Shown here: positions 39,034 through 47,495 of the stretch, piece by piece | How positions within the stretch are numbered: position 1 is the first letter of the stretch | Layout of the letters: every line of letters starts with the position of its first letter | NCBI GenBank assembly: GCA_964420685.1 | Contig: CAYQUI010000005.1 | Location: 1-47,495 of the forward strand | Reading direction: 5' to 3' | DNA from: an uncultured Lentisphaeraceae bacterium | GTDB lineage: Bacteria; Verrucomicrobiota; Kiritimatiellia; RFP12; UBA1067 | DNA length: 47,495 nucleotides | Made by a program: the position numbers and the translations under genes | The notes under the pieces: model-generated | Seen by the model: the letters and a program-made list of their open reading frames with translations, nothing else | The model's database searches: none | Told to the model about the DNA's origin: nothing

Positions 39034-41574
39034 ATGAACAGTCTTGTCCGTTTGTCCTTCGTCTTGGCGGGCGCAGGTTTTTGCGCTGTCGTTTCCGCAT
39101 CCGAATCAACGGTGTCCGTCATGCCGCTCGCGATGCCCACGTATCCGTTCTCGGATCCTGATCCCGTGCCGTGCACGGCCGAGCGCCGCTACCCCTACTT
39201 CCGCTACGACGGCTCGACGGACGTGTGCACGACACAGGCGTGGACGGCCGTCGTGCTGGAGAACGAGAAGGTCAAGGTCACGCTTCTGCCCGAAGTCGGC
39301 GGCAAGGTCTGGGGCGCGGAGGACAAGCGCACGGGCCGGATGTTCCTCTATTACAACCACGCCGTCAAGTTCCGCAACATTGCCTTGCGCGGGCCGTGGT
39401 GTTCGGGCGGCATCGAGTTCAACTTCGGCATTCTCGGCCATTCGCCCACGACGGCGACGCCCGTGGACTGGACGACGCGGCGGAATCCCGACGGCAGCGT
39501 GAGCTGCTTCGTGTCGGCCACGGAGTACGTCAACCGCACGACGTGGCAGGTGGAGGTCAATCTGCCGTCGGATGCCGACTATTTCCTGACGCGGACGACC
39601 TGGTACAACGGCTCGCATCTGCCCCAGCCGTATTACCAGTGGATGACGGCCGCCTATACGGCGCGGCAGAATCCCGAACTGCTCTTCCCCGGTTCGTCCT
39701 ACATCGGCCATCAGGGCGATGCGCATGCCTGGCCGATCGACGACAAGGGGCGTGACCTCCACGTCTATGGGAACAATGCGTTCGGCGGCTCCAAGTCCTA
39801 CCATGTCCTCAACGGCAATCCCGCGTTCTTCGGCATCTGGTGGCCGGAGGCCGGGTTCGGGTCTTACCATGTGGGCGAAACCAAGTACGGGCGCAAGATC
39901 TGGCTGTGGGCCTTGTCGCGCGCGGGCGGCATCTGGGAGGACTTGCTGACGGACGTCGACGGGCAGTACGTCGAACTTCAGAGCGGGCGCGTCTTCCACC
40001 AGCCGCAGGGCCAGACGTTCATGACGCCCTTCAAGCACCCGACGTTTGCGCCTGGCGCCACGGACACCTTTGAGGAGAAGTGGGGCGTTCTGCGCACGGC
40101 GGATGCGTTCGCCGCCGACTGCGCGCCGTCGAACTGGGTTGAACGTCCGCTGGCGACGCCGGCGTCGTTCGACTGGTCGTCCGCCTATGGGCTCTATCGG
40201 CGCGGCGAACAGGCCCTCCGCGCGCGCGACGACCGCGTGGCCGAGCAGGCGTTGAACGACTGTCTCGCCAAGGAGCCGTGCTTCGCGCCGGCGCTGAACG
40301 CCCTCGCCGAGCTCGCCATTCGCCATGGCCGTCCAGACCGGGCGCGCGCCTTGTGCGCGCGGGCCCTCGCGGTCGATACGTACGATCCGGCCGCGAACTA
40401 TCTCGACGGGTTTGCCGCGCGGATGCTCGACGACCGTCCGACGGCGAAGGAGCGTCTGACGCTGGCCGCGTTCTCGCCGCTCTACCGTGCGTCTGCCGAG
40501 GTCCAATTGGCCAAGCTCGCCCTTCGCGCGGGCGATTGGAAGGTCGCCGACGAACACGCGCGTCGCGCCCTGCAGGCGGGCAACACCAATTTCGACGCCT
40601 GGCTGGTTCGCCTCGTCTGTGCGCGGAAGCAGGGCGATCAAGCCGCCGGGCGTGAGGTTCTGCAGCTCGCGCAGTCGGTTGCGCCGCTGTTCCATGGCGC
40701 GCGCTATGAGGCCAAGTTGAGGGGGGCTCTCGACGAGGCGGCGTTCCGCGAGGCGGTGCGCAACGAACTGCCGGAGCAGACGTATCAGGAACTCGGCAGC
40801 TGGTACGAGGACGCGGGGCTCTACACGGAGGCCGTTGAACTGTTCGGCTACGCGGCGGCCCATCCCGTTGCGCAGATTCGTCGGGCTCATCTCCTTCATC
40901 GTCAGGGCGAGGCGGCCCGCGCGCGGGAGGCGTTGGCGGCGGCCGCCGCGTTGTCCGTCGATCGGGTGATGCCGTTCCGCTGGGAATCGCGCGCCGCGCT
41001 GGCCTGGGCCGCGCAGCAGGGCGTTTCGTGGAAGTTCGCCTACCTTCAGGCCGTGCAGCTGGCCGCGTTCGGCGAAGAGTCCGAGGCCGACCGTCTGCTG
41101 GCGGCGTGTCCGGATGCCGATGCGGCGACGTTCTATCTTTACCGCGCCAAGCGGCGTTTGGGCGCCGAGCGGCTGCAGGATCTCGCGGCGGCGCAGCGCG
41201 TGGGCGATTCGTGGCGCGTGGGGCGCGAGCTTTTGGCGTATTGTCTGGAAGAAAAGGACTTCCAGACGGCGGCCCGCCTTGGCGAGGCGTATTTGAAGCA
41301 GTTCCCGAAGAACAACACGCTCCAGTTCCTCTATGCGCGCGCGCTCTGTGGGCTGGAGCGGTATGACGAGGCCATCGCCTTCTTGCGCGGCATTCACGTG
41401 CTGCCGTCCGAATACGGCGAAAACGCGCACGGCATCTGGCAGGACGCCTGGGCCGGCGTGGCGCGTCTCGCCTTGCGGAACGGCGACAGCGAGAAGGCGG
41501 AGGCCGCGTTGCGGCAGCGGAACGAGTATCCCGAAAATCTCGGCTTGGGGCGTCCGTTCCCGCCCGAACGGTAA
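39034..41574 (+). CDS. Secreted DUF5107-like domain plus TPR repeats
   Basis: Signal peptide, VLENEKVKVTLLPEVGGK, GGIEFN, GRKIW.W and YVELQSG motifs; Ala-rich helical repeats ending EYPENLGLG. Alternative start at 39028. Confidence 0.78.
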   Translation: MNSLVRLSFVLAGAGFCAVVSASESTVSVMPLAMPTYPFSDPDPVPCTAERRYPYFRYDGSTDVCTTQAWTAVVLENEKVKVTLLPEVGGKVWGAEDKRTGRMFLYYNHAVKFRNIALRGPWCSGGIEFNFGILGHSPTTATPVDWTTRRNPDGSVSCFVSATEYVNRTTWQVEVNLPSDADYFLTRTTWYNGSHLPQPYYQWMTAAYTARQNPELLFPGSSYIGHQGDAHAWPIDDKGRDLHVYGNNAFGGSKSYHVLNGNPAFFGIWWPEAGFGSYHVGETKYGRKIWLWALSRAGGIWEDLLTDVDGQYVELQSGRVFHQPQGQTFMTPFKHPTFAPGATDTFEEKWGVLRTADAFAADCAPSNWVERPLATPASFDWSSAYGLYRRGEQALRARDDRVAEQALNDCLAKEPCFAPALNALAELAIRHGRPDRARALCARALAVDTYDPAANYLDGFAARMLDDRPTAKERLTLAAFSPLYRASAEVQLAKLALRAGDWKVADEHARRALQAGNTNFDAWLVRLVCARKQGDQAAGREVLQLAQSVAPLFHGARYEAKLRGALDEAAFREAVRNELPEQTYQELGSWYEDAGLYTEAVELFGYAAAHPVAQIRRAHLLHRQGEAARAREALAAAAALSVDRVMPFRWESRAALAWAAQQGVSWKFAYLQAVQLAAFGEESEADRLLAACPDADAATFYLYRAKRRLGAERLQDLAAAQRVGDSWRVGRELLAYCLEEKDFQTAARLGEAYLKQFPKNNTLQFLYARALCGLERYDEAIAFLRGIHVLPSEYGENAHGIWQDAWAGVARLALRNGDSEKAEAALRQRNEYPENLGLGRPFPPER

Positions 41575-41632
41575 GTGGACGCGGCGAACGCGGCTTGACG
41601 GACGAACGAGGGGGTGTCGTTTCGGGCGGGGG

Positions 41633-41662
41633 TTGCGGGTAATCGGCCGTTTGTGGTATACT
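41633..41662 (+). promoter_or_regulatory. Sigma70 promoter for rplM-rpsI
   Basis: TTGCGG-N18-TATACT with an extended -10 TG. Confidence 0.65.
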
Positions 41663-41767
41663 ACACGAAATTTCGTCGTCGGGGGCTAACCGGCGGCGAC
41701 TGGAAAACTGCGGACAAAACCCTGGACAAGGGGCACAAATCCGCGCAAAAGGAAAGAGAAAAGAAAG

Positions 41768-42199
41768 ATGCAGAAGAGCTATCGTGCTCCGAATCCGGGC
41801 GAGAACCGCGCCTGGTATCTCATCGACGCGAAGGATCAGCCGCTTGGCCGTCTCGCCGTCGTCGTCGCCAACAAGCTCCGTGCGAAGGATCTGCCGACGT
41901 TCGATCCGTCCGTCGATGCGGGTGCGTTCGTCATCGTGACGAATGCCGCGCTCGTCGCGCTCACGGGCAAGAAGGAGGAGCAGAAGGAATACCAGCGCTA
42001 CTCCGGCTACCGGAACGGCCTGAAGCGTTTCACGGCCGCCGAGATGCGTGCGAAGCATCCCGACCGCATGATCAAGGAAGCCGTCTGGGGCATGCTCCCG
42101 AAGAACACCATCGCGCGCAAGATGATGACGCGCGTGAAGGTCTTCGCGGGTGCCGAACACACGCACGCCGCGCAGAAGCCGGTTGAAATCAAGCTCTAA
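41768..42199 (+). CDS. rplM: 50S ribosomal protein L13
   Basis: WYLIDA...LGRLA, D.GAFVIVTNA, AVWGMLPKN and H.AQKP motifs. Confidence 0.97.
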   Translation: MQKSYRAPNPGENRAWYLIDAKDQPLGRLAVVVANKLRAKDLPTFDPSVDAGAFVIVTNAALVALTGKKEEQKEYQRYSGYRNGLKRFTAAEMRAKHPDRMIKEAVWGMLPKNTIARKMMTRVKVFAGAEHTHAAQKPVEIKL

Positions 42200-42214
42200 G
42201 GGGGATCTGAGAAA

Positions 42215-42616
42215 ATGGCTACCAAGAAGGCAATTTCCGCCGGAACCGGCCGTCGCAAGACCGCGACCGCCCGCGTGAACCTGGTCGAGGGTTCGGGCAA
42301 GTGGATGGTGAACGGCGAGGATCTCGAGAAGTATATCCCGTCCGAGGCGTTGCGTGACTACCTCAAGCAGCCCGTCGCGATCGCCGGCTATGACCTGGAG
42401 AAGGTTGATGTCGTGTGCTACGCCAAGGGCGGCGGCATTTCCGGCCAGGCGGGCGCGATCCGCCACGGCCTCGCCCGTGCGCTTGTCGCGGCCGACGAGT
42501 CCACGCGCGCCGCGCTCAAGAAGGCTGGCTGCATGACGCGCGACAGCCGCATGAAGGAACGTAAGAAACCCGGTCAGCCGGGTGCTCGCAAGCGCTTCCA
42601 GTTCTCGAAGCGCTAA
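42215..42616 (+). CDS. rpsI: 30S ribosomal protein S9
   Basis: GTGRRKTATARV, GGGISGQAGAIRHG and ERKKPG..ARKRFQFSKR motifs. Confidence 0.98.
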   Translation: MATKKAISAGTGRRKTATARVNLVEGSGKWMVNGEDLEKYIPSEALRDYLKQPVAIAGYDLEKVDVVCYAKGGGISGQAGAIRHGLARALVAADESTRAALKKAGCMTRDSRMKERKKPGQPGARKRFQFSKR

Positions 42617-42622
42617 ACGGCG

Positions 42623-42662
42623 AAAACGGAACGGCGGCGCGTTCGCCGCCGTTTCCGTTTTT
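42623..42662 (+). terminator. Intrinsic terminator after rpsI
   Basis: AAAACGGAACGGCGGCG-CGTT-CGCCGCCGTTTCCGTTTTT. Confidence 0.85.
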
Positions 42663-42664
42663 AT

Positions 42665-42714
42665 GTTTGAAGGTTTGGGTGTTTGGAAGGTTTGGGTGTT
42701 TGGACGTTTGGGCG
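42665..42714. repeat. 8-bp GG-N2-GTTT array after the rpsI terminator
   Basis: GAAGGTTT/GGGTGTTT/GGAAGGTTT/GGGTGTTT/GGACGTTT/GGGCG. Confidence 0.9.
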
Positions 42715-42803
42715 AGGGAAGAACCTTTGGGACTTGTTCTCCAGTCTTCCTTGTCTCTCTCGCCCCTCTCGTCGCGGGCCCTCCGCCCCTAAAAGGCTAA
42801 GAT

Positions 42804-44714
42804 ATGGCATTTGGTTTTCTGAAGAAGATTGCCGCCGTGCTGACGGGCAAGAAGCCGCAGACGTCGGCACAGGCGAAGTCGGGCGGCGCGAGTGGGGCAA
42901 ACGGCGGCAAGAAGCGTCGTCGCGGCGGTCGCGGGCGCGGCAAGGGCGGTGACGGCGCGAGTCGCGCGCAGGGGCAGAACGGTTCGCAGAAGCCGGCGGC
43001 GGCGAAGTCGTCTCGCCCGGCGGCGTCGGGCGAGAAACCGGCGCGGGTCTCCCAGCCGAAGGCGGCGCGCGGGGAACGGCGCGGCGAGCGGAGCGAGCGC
43101 GGTGGCCGAGGCGGTCGCGGCGGGCGGCGCGGGCCGGCGCCGGTCAATACGGCGGCAAACGAGATGCGCCCTGGCGGCGAGGTGAGCGCAGAAGAACTGG
43201 CGGCGCGTCAGGCCGCGCACGCGGCGTGGTCGCTTGAGTCGTTTGTCGTCGAGCCGATGGAGGGCAAGAAGCGCTTCCACGACTTTGACCTGCCGAGCGA
43301 GGTCATGCACGGCATTTCCGACCTTGGTTTCAAGTACTGCACCGAGATTCAGGCCCTGAGCCTTGAGCAGGCACTGGCCGGCAAGAACATCGCCGGCAAG
43401 GCGCAGACGGGTTCCGGGAAGACGGCGGCGTTTCTGGTCGCGGTCTTGACGCGCTATTTGCGCAGTCCGGAGAACCGCGCGAAGGAGGGCGGCGCGCCGC
43501 GCGCGCTCGTCATTGCGCCGACGCGCGAACTCGTCATCCAGATCTGCAAGGACGCCGATGCGATCGGCAAGTACACGGGGCTTCGTTCGCTCGCCGTCTA
43601 CGGGGGGATGGACTATGACCGCCAGCGGCAGGAAGTCCTCGCCGCGCCGGTCGATCTGCTCGTCGCGACGCCGGGGCGTCTGCTTGACTTCACGAAGAGC
43701 CGCGTCATCGACCTTTCGCACGTCGATACGCTCGTCATCGACGAGGCCGACCGCATGCTGGACATGGGATTCATCCCGGATGTCCGCCGCATCATGAGCT
43801 ATCTGCCGCCGAAGAACAAGCGCACGACGATGCTTTATTCGGCGACGCTGAACGAGACGGTGATGCGCTTGGCGATGAACTGGATGGAAGAGCCTTATCG
43901 GGCCGAGGTCGAGGGCGAGACGAACGCGACGGACACCGTCAAGCAGGTCGTCTACGTCATTCAGGCGAAGGACAAGTTCACCGTTCTCTTCAACCACATT
44001 GCGCTTCACCCGGACGCGCGAACGATTGTCTTCTGCAACCGCAAGTGCACGACGGAAGACGTCTACGAGTCGCTGAAGGTGCGCGGCGTGTCGGTCGAGA
44101 TGCTGTCGGGCGACGTGAACCAGAACAAGCGTCTCAAGGTGCTGGACGCCTTCCGCGACGGCGAGGTGAAGATTGTCGTCGCGACGGATGTCGCGGGGCG
44201 CGGCATCGACGTGAAGGGGTTGGAGTACGTCATTAACTTCGACTTCCCCTACGAGGCCGAGGACTATGTGCACCGCATTGGCCGCACGGGCCGCGCGGGT
44301 TCGACGGGCATCGCGATCTCGTTTGCGGACGAGTTCGAGAGCTGCCAGATTCCCGCGATCGAGGAGTACATCAAGGAAGAGCTCAAGTGCACGGTGATCG
44401 GGCCGGACGATCCGCTCCTGAAGCCGATTCCGCCGCGCCACACGAAGCTGGGCGCAATCGATGCGGAGGCGAAGGCCGCCGTCGATGCGCGCGAGGCGGC
44501 GGGCGAGGAGGAGAAGGCGGCGGCCGCCGCGCTCGTCGGGGCGAACGCCGTCACCGGCACGGGCGCGCCGGCGATCCTGAAGGAAGACGCGCCGCAGCGC
44601 GAACTGCCGAAGTTCGAGCATGCGCTCGATCCGGCGAAGCCCGCGCCCGACGAGTCGAACGTCTACGCGAAGCCTGTCGAGCAGAAGGAAAAGACCGAAG
44701 AGTGGAAGATGTGA
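42804..44714 (+). CDS. DEAD-box RNA helicase, RhlB-like, with an RGG-rich N-terminal extension
   Basis: Q-motif, AQTGSGKT, PTREL, TPGRLLD, DEAD, SAT and HRIGRTGR motifs. Confidence 0.92.
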   Translation: MAFGFLKKIAAVLTGKKPQTSAQAKSGGASGANGGKKRRRGGRGRGKGGDGASRAQGQNGSQKPAAAKSSRPAASGEKPARVSQPKAARGERRGERSERGGRGGRGGRRGPAPVNTAANEMRPGGEVSAEELAARQAAHAAWSLESFVVEPMEGKKRFHDFDLPSEVMHGISDLGFKYCTEIQALSLEQALAGKNIAGKAQTGSGKTAAFLVAVLTRYLRSPENRAKEGGAPRALVIAPTRELVIQICKDADAIGKYTGLRSLAVYGGMDYDRQRQEVLAAPVDLLVATPGRLLDFTKSRVIDLSHVDTLVIDEADRMLDMGFIPDVRRIMSYLPPKNKRTTMLYSATLNETVMRLAMNWMEEPYRAEVEGETNATDTVKQVVYVIQAKDKFTVLFNHIALHPDARTIVFCNRKCTTEDVYESLKVRGVSVEMLSGDVNQNKRLKVLDAFRDGEVKIVVATDVAGRGIDVKGLEYVINFDFPYEAEDYVHRIGRTGRAGSTGIAISFADEFESCQIPAIEEYIKEELKCTVIGPDDPLLKPIPPRHTKLGAIDAEAKAAVDAREAAGEEEKAAAAALVGANAVTGTGAPAILKEDAPQRELPKFEHALDPAKPAPDESNVYAKPVEQKEKTEEWKM

Positions 44715-44721
44715 GGTTCCC

Positions 44722-45393
44722 ATGACGCATCCGACGAAGGAGATTCACACCGCGCTCTGGGGGCATGAGGAGTGGCTTGCCCACACGTCGCGCATCCTCG
44801 TGAAGAAGATTGTCGCGAACGACCGCCTGAGCGTTCAGGTTCATCCGAACGACGTGACGGCGAAGACGGTCGGCGGCGATCCGAAGACGGAAATGTGGTG
44901 TGTCCTCAAGGCGGGGCCTCTTTTTGCGGGCGTCAAGCCGGGGACGACGGCGGCGGACGTCGAGCGGGCCGTGAAGGACGGTTCGTTCGAGGACATCCTC
45001 GTTCGCCACGAGACGAAGGTCGGCGAATGCTACTTCATTCCCGGCGGGCTTGTCCATGCCATTGGCGAGGGCACGAGCGTCTACGAGGTTCAGCAGCCGA
45101 GCACGACGACGTTCCGTCTCTACGACTGGGGGCGCGTCGGCGCGGATGGCCAGCCGCGTCCGTTGCATGTGAAGGAGGCCTTGGCGGCGATGGACTTGTC
45201 GCTTCCGCCGCCCGTGCCGTCCGCGACGGTCGATTGCCCCTACTTCACGTTCCGCACGGCGGCGGCCGGCACGTTGCCCGCCGAGCCGGCGGCGCGCGTC
45301 GTCCATGTGCCGACGACGGGCGAAACGCTTTTGCTGGAGCCGGGCGAAACGGCCGTGTTGTCGGACACGGCGTTTGTCTCGGTCGTCAAGTAG
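44722..45393 (+). CDS. Mannose-6-phosphate isomerase class I-like cupin (compact)
   Basis: LSVQVHP, KTEMW, IPGGLVHAIG, EVQQPS.TTFRLYDWGR and R.LH motifs. Confidence 0.82.
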   Translation: MTHPTKEIHTALWGHEEWLAHTSRILVKKIVANDRLSVQVHPNDVTAKTVGGDPKTEMWCVLKAGPLFAGVKPGTTAADVERAVKDGSFEDILVRHETKVGECYFIPGGLVHAIGEGTSVYEVQQPSTTTFRLYDWGRVGADGQPRPLHVKEALAAMDLSLPPPVPSATVDCPYFTFRTAAAGTLPAEPAARVVHVPTTGETLLLEPGETAVLSDTAFVSVVK

Positions 45394-46555
45394 CCGCTCG
45401 CGTGCGAATGGACGTGACGGCCTTGCGTGCCGTCGCGAAGGCGAGCGTGAGATTGTAGCCGCCCGTCGGCCCGTCGATATCCATCATCTCCCCGGCAAAG
45501 AAAAGTCCGGGGACGAGTTTTGACTGCATCGTGTGCGGGTCGATTTCGCCTGTCGCGACCCCGCCCAAGGTGACGATCGCCTCTTTGACGGGGCGCGGCG
45601 TCAGGTTGGCGAACGTCAGGCGGTTGTGCCCGAACCAGACTTCGAGCGTGAGGTCGGAGAGTTTGGGCGTTTGGAGGTTTGGAGAGTTTGGGCGTTTGGA
45701 CGTTTGGAGGTTTGGCTGTTTGGGGGTTGGGGCGGAGGTGCGGCGGAGGTGCTCAAGGAAGCGCTGGGCGTTGTAGATGGCCGCGCCGCTGAGCCCGAAG
45801 CGTTCGCAGTCCACTTCGCCTCGGTAGTCGAAGAGCACCTGTCCGCCCGGGGCGAGAACCTTGACGCGGCCGTCGTCCTCAAAGCGACGCCCCGCAAGGC
45901 GCGTGACGCGCGGATCGTCCGTTTCAAGTCCGATGAGTCCGGGACGATAGGGGATAATTGTATGTCCGAACGCGCGGGCGAAGTTCTGTCCGTCGCCGAC
46001 AGAGCCGGTTTTCGGATAGCTGACGCCGCCCGTCGCGAGCAGGACGTTTTCGGCGGCGAGGTCGAAGTTGGAGGTCTCAAGGACGAAGCGCGCGCCGCCC
46101 TTGTCGGGATGCGCGGCGCGCACGGCTTTCACGGGGCAGTTCGTGAGGACGGGCACGCCCGATTCGCGCAGGAGGTCGCCGAAAGCGTGGAGAATGGTCG
46201 CCGCCTTGCCGTCGGCGGGGAACATCCGGCCGTCGGGCATGCGCCGAAGGGGAACGCCGAGAGACTTGAATCCGGCGATGACCTGGCGCGGCGGGCAGTC
46301 GCGCACGGCTTCGGCGACGAAGCGCGCCGTCCGGTCGTCGGACGGGCCGCAGACGAGGTCACGCAGGAACTGGTCGGGCGAGAGATCTTTCGTGAAGTTG
46401 CAGCGCCCGTTTGCGGTCATCAGCACTTTTGAGCCGAGACGGGCCTTGCGCTCGACGAGAACGCAGGGGATGCGGCGTTCGGCCGCAACGGCGGCGGCGA
46501 AAAGCCCGGCCGCGCCGCCGCCGACGATTGCGAGTTTGACGGGTTTCGTTTCCAT
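45386..46555 (-). CDS. HI0933/BaiN-family NAD(P)/FAD-dependent oxidoreductase
   Basis: GGGAAG, G.K....NGRCNFT, LATGGVSYPKTGS.GDG, AIVTLGGV and GEMMDIDGPTGGYNL motifs. Confidence 0.92.
   Translation of the reverse strand: METKPVKLAIVGGGAAGLFAAAVAAERRIPCVLVERKARLGSKVLMTANGRCNFTKDLSPDQFLRDLVCGPSDDRTARFVAEAVRDCPPRQVIAGFKSLGVPLRRMPDGRMFPADGKAATILHAFGDLLRESGVPVLTNCPVKAVRAAHPDKGGARFVLETSNFDLAAENVLLATGGVSYPKTGSVGDGQNFARAFGHTIIPYRPGLIGLETDDPRVTRLAGRRFEDDGRVKVLAPGGQVLFDYRGEVDCERFGLSGAAIYNAQRFLEHLRRTSAPTPKQPNLQTSKRPNSPNLQTPKLSDLTLEVWFGHNRLTFANLTPRPVKEAIVTLGGVATGEIDPHTMQSKLVPGLFFAGEMMDIDGPTGGYNLTLAFATARKAVTSIRTRAAT
45656..45732. repeat. About nine units of the GG-N2/3-GTTT array inside the HI0933 gene
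   Basis: GGAGAGTTT/GGGCGTTT/GGAGGTTT/GGAGAGTTT/GGGCGTTT/GGACGTTT/GGAGGTTT/GGCTGTTT/GGGGGTT; encodes PTPKQPNLQTSKRPNSPNLQTPKLS. Confidence 0.93.
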
Positions 46556-46646
46556 GGGCGTGGATTATAGCACATCTGCAGTCCCCTTTGCCCGCATCTG
46601 TCCGAATCTCCTGTCGAAGCGGTTCGCATGATCGCACACGTCGGGG

Positions 46647-46677
46647 TTGACTTATGAGAAAAAAAAAATGATATTCT
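46647..46677 (+). promoter_or_regulatory. Putative sigma70 promoter with an A10 tract in its spacer
   Basis: TTGACT-N19-TATTCT with TG at the extended -10 position; A10 at 46659-46668. Confidence 0.55.
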
Positions 46678-46764
46678 ACGCCCGCCTTTGGGGGAATGTC
46701 TGTTTCCGGCTTTCTTCACGAGGTGTTGTCTAATCAAGCGCTAGGGAAATTAAAGGAAAAGCAA

Positions 46765-47427
46765 GTGAAGAAGGCGACGATGATTGCCGGCGCGCTACTG
46801 GCGAGTGTGATTTTCACGGGCTGTGCCACGGGCCGTGATTCTGGTCAGCCAGACCGCGATTTTTGGAGGAAGGAGTATGCCCGCCTTGCCGCGCTGCCTC
46901 CGGGGCGGATGGTCGTGTCCTCCGATCCTCATATCGCAGGAATCGCACGGACGAGCTGCGACGTGTTCACGGAAGTCCAGTCGATCATGAAAGCCTATGT
47001 GGACAAGACGGAATCCATCCGTGAGTATACGGGCTTCATGAATGACGTCGCGTACTATGTCAAGGAGGAGAAACTGTCCAACGCGGATGCCTGCAAGAAG
47101 GTGCATGATGCCGTCGTTGCCGCAGATGCGAACCGTCCCGCCGATCAGCAGGTTTGGCCGAAAATCGCGAAGGGCATCGCCGCCGCGAATGAACTCGAGC
47201 CCTCGAAACAGCTGGCCCGTCTTGCGTTGTTGACGGTTCGGAACCAGACGGTTGCAAGGGACGTGAAGAAGCTTAAGCACTCCTTTAAGGGAGACTTCAT
47301 GACCGTCGCTTGCAGGACTCTGGAAATCGTGGCCATCTGCGACCAGACAATGGATTCGGTTGAATGCCTGGTCTTCCTGGGGGAGCAGTTCAGGCGTGTC
47401 CTCGTGCTTGAGAACTACGCGCGTTAA
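46765..47427 (+). CDS. Hypothetical lipoprotein (GTG start)
   Basis: MKKATMIAGALLASVIFTG-C lipobox, AAAGGA upstream, helical mature region; no family recognised. Confidence 0.7.
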   Translation: MKKATMIAGALLASVIFTGCATGRDSGQPDRDFWRKEYARLAALPPGRMVVSSDPHIAGIARTSCDVFTEVQSIMKAYVDKTESIREYTGFMNDVAYYVKEEKLSNADACKKVHDAVVAADANRPADQQVWPKIAKGIAAANELEPSKQLARLALLTVRNQTVARDVKKLKHSFKGDFMTVACRTLEIVAICDQTMDSVECLVFLGEQFRRVLVLENYAR

Positions 47428-47495
47428 AGAAAGTTTCGGGTATGCGAAATACGATTGCCAAGATTTGTGTTGTTTTCGGGTTGGTTTCCGTCATG

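Overview
This is a high-GC, gene-dense bacterial chromosome segment. It is probably from an anaerobic diderm of the PVC superphylum (Kiritimatiellia/Lentisphaeria-like); this is inferred from gene content, the dnaK-groES-groEL order and the scarcity of Shine-Dalgarno motifs, and is not verified. It holds about 37 mostly housekeeping genes: rnfCDG, ybeY, mnmA, dxs, a P1B-type ATPase, icd, rbfA, an envelope/LPS block (LolA-like, AsmA-like, Mur ligase, glycosyltransferases, wecE, lpxL-like, YrbL-like fusion), aroF-pheA, two secreted enzymes, ilvE, recJ, rhaB, apt, uraA, dnaK-groES-groEL, uvrB, a DUF5107/TPR gene, rplM-rpsI, a DEAD-box helicase, a PMI-like cupin, a HI0933/BaiN flavoprotein and a lipoprotein. 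I saw no tRNA, rRNA, CRISPR array, transposase or phage gene. The main unexplained signals are: (1) dispersed degenerate 8-bp tandem arrays of at least three sequence families, lying between genes and in-frame inside five conserved genes, with the main GG-N2-GTTT family always G/T-rich on the + strand; (2) an unannotated Tyr/Phe-rich leader peptide with an attenuator upstream of aroF-pheA; (3) a sigma54 promoter and a 34-bp perfect palindrome upstream of dnaK-groESL; (4) an orphan FezB-like (ferrosome-type) ATPase; (5) several apparently leaderless promoters; (6) an A10 tract in a lipoprotein promoter spacer.
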